Shown here: piece after piece, positions 11,226 through 26,458 of the stretch
Layout: every line of letters begins with the position of its first letter
How positions within the stretch are numbered: position 1 is the first letter of the stretch
Source of the DNA: an uncultured Chloroflexia bacterium
GTDB taxonomy: Bacteria > Chloroflexota > Limnocylindria > Limnocylindrales > CSP1-4
NCBI GenBank assembly: GCA_963721655.1
Contig: CAVRKH010000006.1
Location: 73,386 to 137,385 of the forward strand
Direction of reading: 5' to 3'
Length of the DNA stretch: 64,000 nucleotides
Notes under the pieces: model-generated
What the model saw: the letters and a program-made list of their open reading frames with translations, nothing else
Database searches by the model: none
What the model was told of the DNA's origin: nothing
Made by a program: the position numbers and the translations under genes

Positions 11226-12176
11226 ATGACGAGCGTCAAGCTGGGTGCCAACCTCTGGAGCCAGGCCAGCGACTGGCCCGGTTTCCTGTCCGCGGCGCAG
11301 CGCGCAGAAGCGCTCGGGTTCGACTCGTTCTGGACCTGGGACCACCTCCTGGCGATCTTCGGCGACCCCCACCAGCCGATCTTCGAGGGGTACACGGCGC
11401 TCGCGGCCGTTGCGCAGGCCACCGAACGCATTCCACTTGGATTGTTCGTCGGCGCCAACCCGTTCCGGAACCCCGGCCTCGTTGCCAAATCCGTCACGAC
11501 GATCGACCACATCAGCGGCGGCCGAGCGATCATGGGCCTCGGCGGTGCGTGGTTCGAGCTCGAGCATCGCGCGTTCGGCATCGACTTCGGATCGGGCTTC
11601 GGGCAACGGCTGGACTGGCTGGGCGAGGCGCTCGACGCGGTGAGCCGGCTGATCCGCGGCGAGACGGTGACGAGCCCGCCGGGTGGGCGCTACGCCTTCG
11701 ACGACCTGCGGATCGATCCCCCGCCGGTCCAGTCGCATCTGCCGATCATGATCGGGGGCTCTGGCGAACAAAAGACCCTTCGACTCGTGGCCCGCTACGC
11801 CGACATGTGGAACGCGTTCGGCTCACCCGAGACGCTCGCCCACAAGGACTCCGTCCTGCGCGAACGGTGCGAGGAGGTCGGTCGCGATCCGGACACCATC
11901 GAACGGACCGTCGGCTGCAAGGTGACGATCCGGCGTACCGCGGAGGAAGCCGAGCGGGTGCGCCGCGGGCTCCTGGAGCACAACCGCACGCCGCTCGAGC
12001 GGGTGGCAGGCGACGAGACGTTCTGGACCGGCACGGCCGAGCAGATCGCCGAGACGATGGCCGGCTACCGGAAGATCGGGTTCCACACGTTCATCGTCGA
12101 GCTGCCCGCGCCGTATGACGACGAGACGATGGAATCGCTGATCCGCGACGTGAAGCCGATGGTGTCCAGCAGCTGA
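11226..12176 (+). CDS. LLM-class F420-dependent (luciferase-like) oxidoreductase
   Basis: MTSVKLGANLW…DSFWTWDHL…IDHISGGRAIMGLGGAW… is the TIM-barrel luciferase-like monooxygenase pattern. The ORF 11118..12176 is intact; the start is chosen at MTSVK. Confidence 0.8.
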   Translation: MTSVKLGANLWSQASDWPGFLSAAQRAEALGFDSFWTWDHLLAIFGDPHQPIFEGYTALAAVAQATERIPLGLFVGANPFRNPGLVAKSVTTIDHISGGRAIMGLGGAWFELEHRAFGIDFGSGFGQRLDWLGEALDAVSRLIRGETVTSPPGGRYAFDDLRIDPPPVQSHLPIMIGGSGEQKTLRLVARYADMWNAFGSPETLAHKDSVLRERCEEVGRDPDTIERTVGCKVTIRRTAEEAERVRRGLLEHNRTPLERVAGDETFWTGTAEQIAETMAGYRKIGFHTFIVELPAPYDDETMESLIRDVKPMVSSS

Positions 12177-12227
12177 CGCCTTGCGGGCGCTCGTTCCGGT
12201 CCGGGCGTCCGCTATCGTGGTTCCGCG

Positions 12228-13568
12228 ATGTCGTACGCGCTCTCCCTCGGTCAGCTCGGATCGACTGTTGCCCCGCCCCCGGCCGCCTCCGAGGCACCGA
12301 CCGACGTCCTGCTCGGCCTGTTCATCCTGTTCGTCGGTGCGAAGCTCGGCGAGGAGGTCGCTCGCCGCCTGGGTCAGCCGGCCGTCGTCGGCGAGCTGCT
12401 CGGTGGCTTCGTCGTCGGACCGTATGCCCTCGGGCTCGTGAACCCCGGCGAGACGGCCGCGGTGTTCTCCGAGCTCGGCGTGATCATCCTGTTGTTCTCG
12501 GTCGGGTTGGAGGTGCGCCTCGACGACCTGCTGGCGGTGGGCCGGCCGGCGGTGCTGACCGCGGTCATCGCGATGATCCTGCCGATCGCCGCTGGCATCG
12601 GGCTCGGACTTGCGATCGGGGCAGAGCTCGAGACGGCCGCGTTCGTCGGCCTCGCGCTGTGCGCCACGAGCATCGGGATCACCAGCCGGGTCCTCGGGGA
12701 GCTCGGCGTGCTCGACCGGACGTTCGCGCGGGTCGTCCTCGGTGCCGCGGTGATCGACGACATCCTGGCGCTGATCGCGATCGGGCTGGTGACCGGCGCG
12801 GCCACCGGCGAAGAGACCCAGTCCGCGCTGCTCATCACGGTATCGGCGTTCGGGCTGGTCGGACTCGGCTTCGCCGCCGCTCGCCGCGCCCGCGGGCTGA
12901 AGCGCGAGGTGTTCACCTGGCCGCTCTTCGCGGATACGCCGCTCGTCCCGGCGTTCATCCTGATGTTCGCGCTGGCGCTGGTCTCCGCGTTCGTGGGGCT
13001 GGCGGCGATCATCGGCGCGTTCGTGGCCGGGCTGATCGTTGCCGAGACCGAGGCGCAGGAAGAGCTCGAGCACGAGATGCGCCCGCTCGCCCAGATCTTC
13101 ACGCCGTTCTTCTTCGCGTTCACCGGAGCCCAGCTCGATCTCGGCGCGCTGGCCGACCCGAGCATCCTCGCCCTGGTCGTCGCGCTCGTCGTGCTCGGCG
13201 TGATCACCAAGGCCGTCGGAGGCATCATCGGCTCCTGGTCCATCGGCCGTTGGGGCGCCACCACCGTCGGGTTCGGGATGGTCCCGCGCGGGGAGGTCGG
13301 CATCGTCGTCGCCAACCTCGGGCTGGCGACGGGGCTCCTGACCGGGAGCCTGTTCAGCGCGGTGCTGGTTGCCGTGATCGCGACCACGATCGTCGCGCCG
13401 TACCTGCTCGCGTTCTCGATCCCCAAGGCGATCGCCGAGGACGAGGACCGCGGCGGCGGAGCGGACTCGATCAGCCGGAGCCCGTCGCGCCGACCGCCTG
13501 AGCCGAGCCGCTACGTCACAGGGACAGCGGCGACCTCGCCGGTCCCGTTGTTCCGCTCCAGAGCGTGA
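12228..13568 (+). CDS. Cation:proton antiporter (CPA2/Na+-H+ exchanger family)
   Basis: About 12 TM segments and GELLGGFVVGP…LGVIILLFSVGLE motifs typical of KefB/NhaP-type exchangers. Intact. Confidence 0.8.
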   Translation: MSYALSLGQLGSTVAPPPAASEAPTDVLLGLFILFVGAKLGEEVARRLGQPAVVGELLGGFVVGPYALGLVNPGETAAVFSELGVIILLFSVGLEVRLDDLLAVGRPAVLTAVIAMILPIAAGIGLGLAIGAELETAAFVGLALCATSIGITSRVLGELGVLDRTFARVVLGAAVIDDILALIAIGLVTGAATGEETQSALLITVSAFGLVGLGFAAARRARGLKREVFTWPLFADTPLVPAFILMFALALVSAFVGLAAIIGAFVAGLIVAETEAQEELEHEMRPLAQIFTPFFFAFTGAQLDLGALADPSILALVVALVVLGVITKAVGGIIGSWSIGRWGATTVGFGMVPRGEVGIVVANLGLATGLLTGSLFSAVLVAVIATTIVAPYLLAFSIPKAIAEDEDRGGGADSISRSPSRRPPEPSRYVTGTAATSPVPLFRSRA

Positions 13569-15252
13569 TCTGCCGGCCGGGCGACAGGCGCCCTCGGTTC
13601 AGGACGACCGTCGCATCGGCCTCCGCGGCGACAGCCGGGCGATGCGAGATCACGATCGTGGTGCGGCCGGCCAGGAACGGAGCGAGCGCGGTCATCAGGC
13701 GTCGCTCCGTCACGGCGTCGAGGTCGGCCGTCGCCTCGTCGAGGACCAGGATCGGGGCGTCCCGGATGACCGCCCGCGCGATCGCGAGGCGCCGCCGCTC
13801 CCCGCCGCTGAGTCGGATGCCGTCCTCGCCGATCCGCGTGTCGTAGCCGTGCGGGAGGGTCGTGACGAAGTCGTGGAGCTGGGCCAGGCGGCAGGCAGCC
13901 TCGATCTGCTCGTCGGTCACGTCCGGGTCGGCCAGGGCCAGGTTGTCGCGGATCGTCGCGTCGAACAGGTCCACCCGCTGCGACACGACCCCGAACAGGC
14001 TCCGGGCGTCGTCGGCCCGCAGCTGGCGGAGGTCGCAGCCGCCGACGAGGATCTGCCCGTCCGAGTAGTCCCAGAACCGGAGCAGCAGGTTGACGAGTGT
14101 CGACTTGCCCGAGCCGCTGGGGCCGACGATCGCCAGGCTGCCGCCGGCCGGAACCGAGAAGCTGACGTCGTCCAGGACCGCCCTGCCGCCGGGGTCGTAG
14201 CGGAAGGTGACTCCCCGGACGTCCACGGCCAGGCCCGGCCGGAGCGGACCCGGTACCGGAGGAACCACGGGCATCGCGGGCTCTTCAACGGGCGGCGGGG
14301 CATCGACGACCTCGAAGAGGCGTCCGGCTGCCGCCCGGCTCGCGCCGAGCAGCTGGATGGACAACGACAGGGGCTGAACCGCCTCGAAGGCCGCGATGGC
14401 CGCGAGCGGCAGCAGCGCGAGGTACACGCCGTCCAGCGTGCCACCGACCACGAGCGGAACGGCCAGCCCCAGGATGGCAATGGCACACAGGCTTGTGAGC
14501 AGTGCTGCCAGACCCACGCTCAGTCCTCGGAACAGGGCCTGCCGCTCCCCCGTTCGATCGAGGTCGCTGCCAAGCGCGAGGACCGTGGCCCGGTGGCCGT
14601 CGGCCCGGTCGAGGGCGATGAGGTCGGCCAGGCCGTTCACCTCGTCGACGATGGTGGCGCTCAACTCGCCGCGTGTCCTCACCGACCGTTCCGCGACCTC
14701 GCGCGACAGCCAGCGGGTCAGCAGCGGGAGGACGACGCCGACGAGCACGAGGAACGCGAGGAGGACGAGCCCGAGCGTGACGTCGAAGACGCCCAGCAGC
14801 ACGCAGGCGAACGCGGTCACGAGGACTGCGACGATCGGCGGCAGGAACACGCGGACGTAGAAATCCTCGAGCGTCTCGACATCGGCGACGATTCGAGCGA
14901 GCAGGTCCCCGCTTCGGCGGTTCGTCAGGCGGGCCGGCGCGAGCGGCTCGATCGCGGCATAGAACCAGACCCGCACGTCGGCCAGGATCCGAAGGGTCGC
15001 GACGTGCGTTGCGTAGCGCTCGAGGTAGCGGAACGCGGCCCGGCCGATGGCCAGGACCCGGACCGCGGTGACCGCGAGGGCGATCTCGGCCACGTTGTCC
15101 ACGACGGCGGCCCTGCTGACGAGGAACGCCGACATCGCCACGAGCGCGACGTTGGAGGCGATGGCCAGGAAGCCGAGGAGGGCGCCGGCCGCAACCCAGC
15201 GTCGATGCGCCGACATGAGACCGACCAGCCGGGCGACGGGTCCGCGCGTCAT
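13516..15252 (-). CDS. cydC: Thiol reductant ABC exporter subunit CydC (ABC permease-ATPase fusion)
   Basis: TM domain plus NBD with Walker A GPSGSGKST, signature LSGGERRRLAIARA and Walker B ILVLDEATADLD. Second ABC gene after cydB. Its 3' end overlaps the convergent antiporter by about 50 nt. Confidence 0.8.
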   Translation of the reverse strand: MTRGPVARLVGLMSAHRRWVAAGALLGFLAIASNVALVAMSAFLVSRAAVVDNVAEIALAVTAVRVLAIGRAAFRYLERYATHVATLRILADVRVWFYAAIEPLAPARLTNRRSGDLLARIVADVETLEDFYVRVFLPPIVAVLVTAFACVLLGVFDVTLGLVLLAFLVLVGVVLPLLTRWLSREVAERSVRTRGELSATIVDEVNGLADLIALDRADGHRATVLALGSDLDRTGERQALFRGLSVGLAALLTSLCAIAILGLAVPLVVGGTLDGVYLALLPLAAIAAFEAVQPLSLSIQLLGASRAAAGRLFEVVDAPPPVEEPAMPVVPPVPGPLRPGLAVDVRGVTFRYDPGGRAVLDDVSFSVPAGGSLAIVGPSGSGKSTLVNLLLRFWDYSDGQILVGGCDLRQLRADDARSLFGVVSQRVDLFDATIRDNLALADPDVTDEQIEAACRLAQLHDFVTTLPHGYDTRIGEDGIRLSGGERRRLAIARAVIRDAPILVLDEATADLDAVTERRLMTALAPFLAGRTTIVISHRPAVAAEADATVVLNRGRLSPGRQITLWSGTTGPARSPLSL

Positions 15253-17086
15253 CCGAGTGATCCCCCGACCACAGGCCCCGGCACCCAGGCAGGCCTCGGG
15301 CCGACCTCGGCGACGGACCCGTCGTCCGCCGGCCACGCGGCGAGGAGCCCGGCGAATGCCCCGCCGGCGCGCTGCAGCTCGGCCGGCGACCCGAATTCGA
15401 CGAGCCGGCCTGCATCCAGGACGGCGACGAGGTCCGATGTCAGCGCGAGCCGCGGTCGATGGGAGATGGCGATGATCGTCCGCGCACCCGCCAGCCGATC
15501 GAGCAGCGCGACGATCGTCTCCTCACCGGTCGTGTCGAGATGCGCCGTCGGCTCGTCGAGGAGCAGGACGCCGGGGTCGCGGAGCAGCGCACGGGCGATC
15601 GCGAGCCGTTGCCGCTGGCCACCGCTGAGCCGGGTCCCGCCCTCGCCGACACTCGTGTCGAGTCCGGCCGGCAGGTCGGCGATGATCTCGGAGGCGCCCG
15701 ACAGACGGATCGCGTCCAGCAGCTCGCGCGTCGTCGCTGCGGGGCGGGCGAGCCGCAGGTTGTCGGCAATCGTGCCGTGGAAGAGACGCGGCGACTGCGG
15801 CACGTACCCGACGGCGGCCCGCCAGGCGCCCAGCTCGATGTCGGTGAGCTCGACGCCACCGACGAGGATCCGGCCGTCATCCGGTTCGAGGAACCGGAGC
15901 AGGAGGCCGGCCAGCGTCGACTTGCCGGCACCGCTCGGCCCGACGATCGTCAGCCGGCCCCCGGCGGGGATGCGCGAACGTCACGTCATCGAGCGCGCGG
16001 CGATCACGTTCGGGGTACTGGTAGCTCACGCCATCGAGGGCGATGGCCGGCGGTCGCGGGACCTCCCTGGTTGCCGCTCGCGCGCGATGCGACCGGGGAT
16101 GGCGCGGGGTGCGTCGAGGATCGCGAACAATCGCCCGGCGGCGACCTGGCCTGCGGATCCCGCGTGATAACGCTGGGCCAGGACGCGCAGGGGCAGGAAG
16201 AACTCGGGCGCGATGACGAGCACGGCGAGGGCGCGCTCGAACGCGATCTCACCCTCCATCAGGCGCAGGCTCACCTCGACGGCAACCAGCGCCATCGCGA
16301 CGGCGCCCGCCCAATCGAGCACGAGCCCGGTCTGGAATGCGCTCCGGAGGACCTCCAGCGTCGTCTCGCCGAACTGCCGGCTGATCGTCCGCATGGTGCC
16401 GACCTGCTCGGCACTGCGGCCGAACGCCTTGAGCGTCGCGATGCCGCGCAGCATGTCCACGAAATAGGCGCTCATCCAGCGCAACTCGGCGAAGCGGCGC
16501 GTGCTGATCGCCCTCGTCCGCCCCCCGATCACCGCGAGGAGCAGGACAAGGATCGGGCCCGCGAACACGAGCACGAGGGCGGTCGGCGGATCGATGACGA
16601 ACACGACGCCGAGAACGAGGAGCGGCACCGCCGCGGCGAGCGACCGCGCGGGCAGGTACGACGTCATCCATGCGTCCAGCCCTTCGAGCCCGTTGACCAG
16701 GGTGCTTGCGAGGTCGCCACTCCGTTCGGCGCTGACGTGCGCGGGTCCCAGCTCGAACAGGCGCCCGGTCACGTCGCGGCGGAGCTGGCCCTTGAGCCGG
16801 CTCGCTGCCCGTTGGGCGAGCACCTCGGACGTGAACAGGAAGGCGGCCCGGCAGTCCGCCGAGGAGCACGAGCGCGATCAGCAGGGGCACGATCGCGTCG
16901 GGCGGCCGGGATTCGACGAACACCGCGGCGATCACCAGGCTGAGCAGCAGGCCCGACGCGATGATGCGTCGTGGCGGCGAGGAATCCACAGGCGACCGCA
17001 AGCCAGTGCAGACGGCGCGCCGCCGGCACGTAGGCGAGGAGGCGACTGTCGGCCGACGGGTCGCGTCCTCGCCGGCCGCGCCTCAC
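15249..17086 (-). CDS. cydD: Thiol reductant ABC exporter subunit CydD, at least three apparent frameshifts
   Basis: NBD C-terminal part in frame 15249..15803 (LSGGQRQRLAIARALL, LLLDEPTAHLD). Walker A GPSGAGKSTLAGLLLRF is recoverable only after a 1-nt correction near 15967. TM parts are in frames 16026..16823, 16249..17001 (IIASGLLLSLVIAAVFVE) and 16769..17086 (RLLAYVPAARRLHWLAVACGFL). Confidence 0.7.
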
Positions 17087-17111
17087 GTCGGCGATCCGGC
17101 GGCCGACGTGC

Positions 17112-18127
<1,016 letters not shown>

Positions 18128-18131
<4 letters not shown>

Positions 18132-19566
18132 GGCAGCTCCTTCGCGTCGGCGCGGTCGCGGCGGCGGAAGACGTCACGGAACGTGTCCGGCAGGCTGGAC
18201 ATCTCGACCGTCTCCACGTCCTCGAGCGGCTCTGGGCCACCCTGGATCCTCTTGTTGAGCAGGTACAGGAAGAGCGCCAGCAACAGCGCGTAGAGGATGA
18301 CGAACATCCCCAACGACAGGACCACGTCGATGGCGGTCAGCAGCGGCGATACGCCGTCGGCGGTCAACAGGACCTCGTAGACGACCCATGGTTGGCGTCC
18401 GATCTCGGCCGTCCACCAGCCGGCGATGATCGCCACCTCGACGAAGAACACCGTGATCACGAACAGCCGCAGAATCCAGCGCGCGTCCCAGATCCGCCGC
18501 GGCCGATCGGGATCCCCCTTCTTCCCTCGCTTGAGGAGGTAGAAGAGGCCACCCAGCACCCCGACGCCCGCGAACAACGTCCCCAGGCCGAACATCAGGT
18601 GATAGACCTGGAACAGGAGGGCGATCGGCGGCGTCGGCTGGCCGGGGAAGTCGTTGAGCCCGGTGACGTAGGCCTGCGGGTTGAAGTACGCCAGGATGCT
18701 GAGCAGGCAGGGGATCGAGATGCCGCTCGTTGTCTGGGTGGCCACATCGACCCAGCCGACGACGTACAGCGGCGCACACGTCGTGCCCTGCCACAGGCCT
18801 TCCATCGACGCGAGCTTGATGGGCTGATTGTGCGTGACCTCGACGGCCATGCTGGCACCGAAGATGGCCACGTTCGAGATGGCGAAGACGATGAAGAACG
18901 GCAGGGCCAGGGAGAAGTTGGCTCGCGCCAGGTCGAGGTGGCGCTTCTTCAGCAGGTACCACGCGCTGACGCTGAGCATCAGCGCCGATCCCGCCGTCCA
19001 CGACGCGACCCAGACGTGGAGGAGGCGCGGGATGAACGATGGCGTGAACACGACATCGACGAAGCGACGTCATGACCGCCCGCGTCGGCGCCGGATCGCT
19101 GACGACCTCGAAGCCCTGCGGGGTCTGCATCCAGGAGTTCGCCATCAGGATCCACAGGGCACTGAAGTGAGCCCCGAACACGACCATGAACGTCGCGAAG
19201 AACCACAATTTCGGTCCGAGGCGATTGCCCCCGAAGAGCATCAGGCCGAGGAACCCGCCCTCCAGGGCGAACGCGAACACGCCCTCCGCGGCGAGCAGGC
19301 TGCCGAAGACGTTGCCGACGAAGCGCGAATAGTCGGCCCAGTTCATCCCGAACTCGAACTCCTGGACGACGCCGGTCGCCACGCCGATCGCGAAGATCAG
19401 GCCGTAGACCTTGGTCCAGAAGAAGGCCAGCTGGCGCCATTTCGGGTCCTTCGTGCGCAGATGGGCCCCCGACACCACGAGCAGCATGATCCCGAGGCCC
19501 ATCGACAGCGGCGGGAAGATGAAATGGAAGCTCGCCGTGAACGCAAACTGGATGCGCGACAGCAGT

Positions 19567-19577
<11 letters not shown>
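18128..19577 (-). CDS. cydA: Cytochrome bd ubiquinol oxidase subunit I, apparent frameshift near 19060
   Basis: N-terminal half [29 protein letters not shown]…[13 protein letters not shown] in frame 18174..19577. C-terminal half (Q-loop and TMs, …[18 protein letters not shown]…) in frame 18128..19051. Confidence 0.85.
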
Positions 19578-22321
<2,744 letters not shown>

Positions 22322-22325
<4 letters not shown>

Positions 22326-24438
22326 GGGTTGGCCTCCTCGGGGACGGCAGCCTGGGCGGCGAGGACCACGACGGACCGCGGACCCACCCGATAGCGTGGC
22401 CGTCTCGACGGCCGGGGCCTCCTCGCCGAAGCGGATGTCATCCGGGGATGCGAGGGTCGTGTCGAGGATGCGCTGCCAGGCCGTGCCGTCCGCGGGAAGC
22501 GGGAGGGCGAAGTCGAGCGGCTCCCAGTAGGCGTTGGACGATGATGTGGAGCGCCACCGACCGGCCGCTGATCGTGACTGCGAGGCTTCGCGAGTCGTAC
22601 GAACGATCCGGGCGGTCCAGCGCCACGCCGTGCCAGTCGATGCGCGCCGTTGCCAGCAGCTCCAGCAGCGTCACGTCGATCGGCAGATCGAGCAGCTCCT
22701 GGGCGCGCCTGCGCGCCGCGACCAGCGACGCGGTGAAGCGCAGCATGCCGGCCTCGCGCTCGACGGCCGACCAGTCGAACCAGCTGAGCTCGTTGTCCTG
22801 GCAGTAGGCGTTGTTGTTCCCGCCCTGGCTGCGCAGCACCTCGTCGCCCATCGTCAGCATCGGCACGCCGACGGCGAGCAGGGTCAATGTCAGCAGGTTC
22901 TTCGCCTGGCGGCGGCGCAGCTCGATGATGGCCGGATCGTCGGTCGCGCCCTCGGCGCCGCCATTCCAGCTGAGGTTGTCGTTGCTCCCGTCGCGGTTGT
23001 CCTCGCCGTTCGCGTCGTTGTGCTTGTGGTCGTAGCTGACCAGGTCGGCGAGGGTGAACCCGTCGTGACAGGTCACGAAGTTGACCGTCTTCTGCGCCTC
23101 GCGATTGGCGTGCGCGTACAGGTCCGGGCTGCCGATCAGCCGCTGGCTCACGGCCCACACGCGGCCGGGATCGCCACGCACGAACCCGCGCACGTCATCC
23201 CGGAAGCGGCCGTTCCACTCCACCCAGCGGTCGCCCACGAACGAGCCGACCTGGTACAGCCCGGCGGCGTCCCACGCCTCGGCGATCAGCTTCGTCCCGG
23301 ACAGCACCGGGTCGCTGTCGATGTCCCACAGGATCGGCGGTCGCGCCAGCGGCCGGCCGTCCTCGTCGCGTGACAGCACGGACGCCAGATCGAAGCGGAA
23401 GCCGTCGACGTGCATCTCCGCGACCCAGAAGCGCAGGCTGTCGACGATGAGCCGGCGCACCACCGCGGCGTTGGCGTCGAGGCTGTTGCCGGTCCCGCTG
23501 TAGTCGGCGTAGCCGCCGCGCCCGTCGAGCAGGTAGTACTCCTCGTTGGCGAGCCCGCGGAAGCAGAACGTCGGCCCGTCGAGGCCGCTCTCGGCCGTGT
23601 GGTTGTAGACGACGTCGAGGATGACCTCGAGCCCGGCGCGGTGGAGCGCCTTGACGAGATCGCGGAACTCGTCGGCGGCGCCGAGCGCATCGGGCCGGCT
23701 GCTGTACGGCGCGTGCGGTGAGAAGTAGGAAACCGGCTGGTAGCCCCAGTAGTTCGGCCGTCCTGCGGGGGCGGCCAGCCGATCGAACTGGAACACCGGC
23801 AGCAGTTCGATCGCGCTGACACCAAGGTCGACCAGGTACGGGATCCGCTCGATGAACCCGGCGTAGGTCCCCCGCCGGGCGTCGGTCACGCCCGAGTTCG
23901 GGTGCGCGGTGAAGCCGCGCACGTGCGCCTCGTACACGACCGTGTCGTGGAGCGGCCGGTTGAGCGGCCGATCGCCCTCCCAGTCGTACGTCGACAGGTC
24001 GACGACCACGCTCTTCATCGCCCGACCGATCGCATCCGGGGCCGCAGGCGACAGGTCCCGGGCGTAGCCCGGCGGAACGGCGACGCCGCGTCCGTACGGG
24101 TCGAGCAGGACGAGCCGCTCGTCGAACCGCACCCCGGCGGTCGGCGCCCACGGCCCGCGAGCCCGGAAGGCGTAGACCTGGCCGGCCCCGATGCCCGGCA
24201 CGAACCCGTGCCAGTAGCCGCCCGTCCGGTTGGTGGCACGATCGAGCGGGAGGACCGCGCTCGGGGCGTCGTCGGCCGGGCCGTCGAACAGCAGCAGGTC
24301 CATCCCCGTTGCGCGCTGGCTGAACACGGAGAAGTTCACCCCGTCGGCCGTCACGGTCGGGCCGATCGGCGCGGAGCTGCCCGGCATGACAGCCGCCGAA
24401 GCGACCCGGCCATTCCCCGGCGCGAACGTCGCCACCAC
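22322..24438 (-). CDS. glgX: Glycogen debranching enzyme GlgX (isoamylase-type GH13), two apparent frameshifts near 22530 and 22400
   Basis: CBM48 plus GH13 catalytic motifs (ILDVVYNHT, GFRFDLASVL, AEAWD, FVTCHDGFTL). The C-terminus NAYWEPLDFALPLPADGTAWQRILDTT and YRVGPRSVVVLAAQAAVPEEANP are recovered in other frames. The start may be the internal MPGSS at about 24387. Confidence 0.85.
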
Positions 24439-24443
24439 CTCGC

Positions 24444-25211
24444 TCAGAGCCCGACGCTCGCCTGCATCATCCCGCCGTCCACGATGTAGGTCGTGGCGGT
24501 GCCGTACGACGCGCCATCGGAGGCAAGGAACGCGACGAGGTTGGCGATCTCCCCGGGTTCGGCCACCCGGCCGATCGGGATCGCTCCCTCGAGCTTCGCC
24601 CGCGCGACGGGGTCGGCGAGGGTGACTTCGTCGATCGGCGTGTGGACCGCACCGGGTGCGACACCGACGACCGTGATGCCGTGCGGAGCGAGCTCCACGC
24701 CGGCTGTCCGGGTCAGCATCCGCACGCCGCCCTTCGCCGCGCAGTACGGCGCGTTGCCGGGCATCGGCCAGTCCTCGTGGATCGACGAGATGTTGATGAT
24801 CCGGCCGCCGCCACCCTGCTCGATCATCTGCTTCGCCGCCAGCTGGACACCGAAGAACGCGCTCTTGAGGTCGATCCCGATCACGAGGTCGAACTGGCGC
24901 TCGGTGGTGTCGAGCACCCCGGTCCGCGTCTCCATGCCGGCGTTGTTGACCATGATGTCGAGGCGGCCGAACGCCGCGACCGTCTTGTCGACGAGAGCCT
25001 GCAGGTCGGCGATCGACGACACGTCGCCCATGACCGCCTGCGCCTTGCCCCCGGCTGCCTCGATCGCCTTGACCGTCGCTTCGGCGGCCTCCTGGTTCTT
25101 GTGGTAGTTGACCGTGACCGCGGCACCTTGCCGGCCCAGCTCGAGGCTGATCGCGTGGCCGATCCCGCTGTCACCACCGGTGACGATGGCGGCCTTGTTC
25201 TCCAACGACAT
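24444..25211 (-). CDS. SDR-family oxidoreductase (glucose 1-dehydrogenase-like)
   Basis: TGGDSGIGHA cofactor motif, NNAG, and catalytic Y in APYCAAKGG. Start at MSLENK inside the longer track ORF. Confidence 0.85.
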   Translation of the reverse strand: MSLENKAAIVTGGDSGIGHAISLELGRQGAAVTVNYHKNQEAAEATVKAIEAAGGKAQAVMGDVSSIADLQALVDKTVAAFGRLDIMVNNAGMETRTGVLDTTERQFDLVIGIDLKSAFFGVQLAAKQMIEQGGGGRIINISSIHEDWPMPGNAPYCAAKGGVRMLTRTAGVELAPHGITVVGVAPGAVHTPIDEVTLADPVARAKLEGAIPIGRVAEPGEIANLVAFLASDGASYGTATTYIVDGGMMQASVGL

Positions 25212-25222
25212 CTCGTCCCTCC

Positions 25223-26431
25223 TCAAGAATTGATGGATACCTTCAGGTTGCGGGGCTGCGGTTTCGCACGACGACGAACGACAGCAGCCCCATGACAAGC
25301 GCGACGATCGCCACGGCTCCGTAGATCAGCCGTCAGGCTCAACCCGACGTGCTCCTCCAGCGGACCGATCCCGAACGCGGCGAGTCCATACCCCATCTGG
25401 TAGAAGGCGATGAGCAGCCCGGCGAGTGACGCTCCCACTGCGACCAGCTCGCGCTGGCCGAAGCTGATCGTCAACGGCAGGAGCGCCGAACAGCCCAGGC
25501 CCGCCAGCCCGAACACGAGGATCGCCGACGTCGGAGCGCCCGAGGGCAGGATCGCCAGCAACCCCATGGCGACCGCGGCCACGAACGGAAGCAGTCGGTA
25601 CGTATTCGTCGCCGGGAATGTCCGTTCGATCGCCGCGAACAGGATGCGGCCGACGGTGACCATCCCCCAGAACGTCGTCAGCGCGATGGACGCCTGCGTC
25701 GTCGAGGCGCCCACGTCGCTGGTCATGTACAGCGTCGCCCAGTTGCCGTTCGTCGTCTCGACGATCCCGTAGAGCAGGGCGAAGGCGGCGAAGACCCAGA
25801 ACCGCGATGGCAGGGCTGCGCGCTCGCTGCCGGCCTCGCCGCCGGTCGAGTCCGCGACGAGGAGCGGCAGGCCCAGGCTGACGGCGATCAGCACCGCGAG
25901 GAGCACGGCGACGACGACCGGCAGCCCCCACCACAGACCGATCCCGAGGAAGACGGCCACCAGGACCGGCGCCAGCGCCGTCCCGAGGCCCAGCAACGCG
26001 TTCAGGTAGAGGACCGCGCGGTCCGCTGTCGCCGGAAAGTACGCCGCGGCGAACGTATTGATCGCGGGCACGGTCAGCCCGAAGCCGATGCCCAGGCTGG
26101 TCGTCGCCAGCAGGAGCATCGCGTAGGGCAGCGCTCCGTCGCCGATGAAGAACTGGCTCAAGACGAGCAGCGACATCGCCGCCAGGTCGCCCACGAGGCC
26201 GGCCACGAACATCCGCTTCACGCCGAGTTGCGTGGTCAGTCTCGAGCCGGCGAGCGCCGCCGAGATGGCGGCGATCGCCTGGGGCAGGAACAGCCCGCCG
26301 TACGCCGTGCTGGTCAGCCCGTAGTAGTCCGGGCTCGTGAGGATCGAGCTCGCGGCGGGAAACGTGACAAGCGCTACCCCCTGGACGAGTCCAGCTGAGT
26401 AGACCGCGACGATCTCGCTTTGACGAGCCAT
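25223..26431 (-). CDS. MFS transporter
   Basis: 12-TM hydrophobic profile (402 aa). The extreme C-terminal 30 aa are low-confidence and may hide a frameshift. Confidence 0.8.
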   Translation of the reverse strand: MARQSEIVAVYSAGLVQGVALVTFPAASSILTSPDYYGLTSTAYGGLFLPQAIAAISAALAGSRLTTQLGVKRMFVAGLVGDLAAMSLLVLSQFFIGDGALPYAMLLLATTSLGIGFGLTVPAINTFAAAYFPATADRAVLYLNALLGLGTALAPVLVAVFLGIGLWWGLPVVVAVLLAVLIAVSLGLPLLVADSTGGEAGSERAALPSRFWVFAAFALLYGIVETTNGNWATLYMTSDVGASTTQASIALTTFWGMVTVGRILFAAIERTFPATNTYRLLPFVAAVAMGLLAILPSGAPTSAILVFGLAGLGCSALLPLTISFGQRELVAVGASLAGLLIAFYQMGYGLAAFGIGPLEEHVGLSLTADLRSRGDRRACHGAAVVRRRAKPQPRNLKVSINS

Positions 26432-26458
26432 GGGCCTGGCGCATCGAAACCGACTGGA

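Noticed and set aside
11088-11771. 5' extension of the SBP ORF (track 9618..11771, 717 aa).
   Set aside because: The real protein begins at the lipoprotein signal MAKHL…IFGAC (ATG top at 11087). The upstream 228 codons are non-coding read-through and overlap the divergent LLM gene region.
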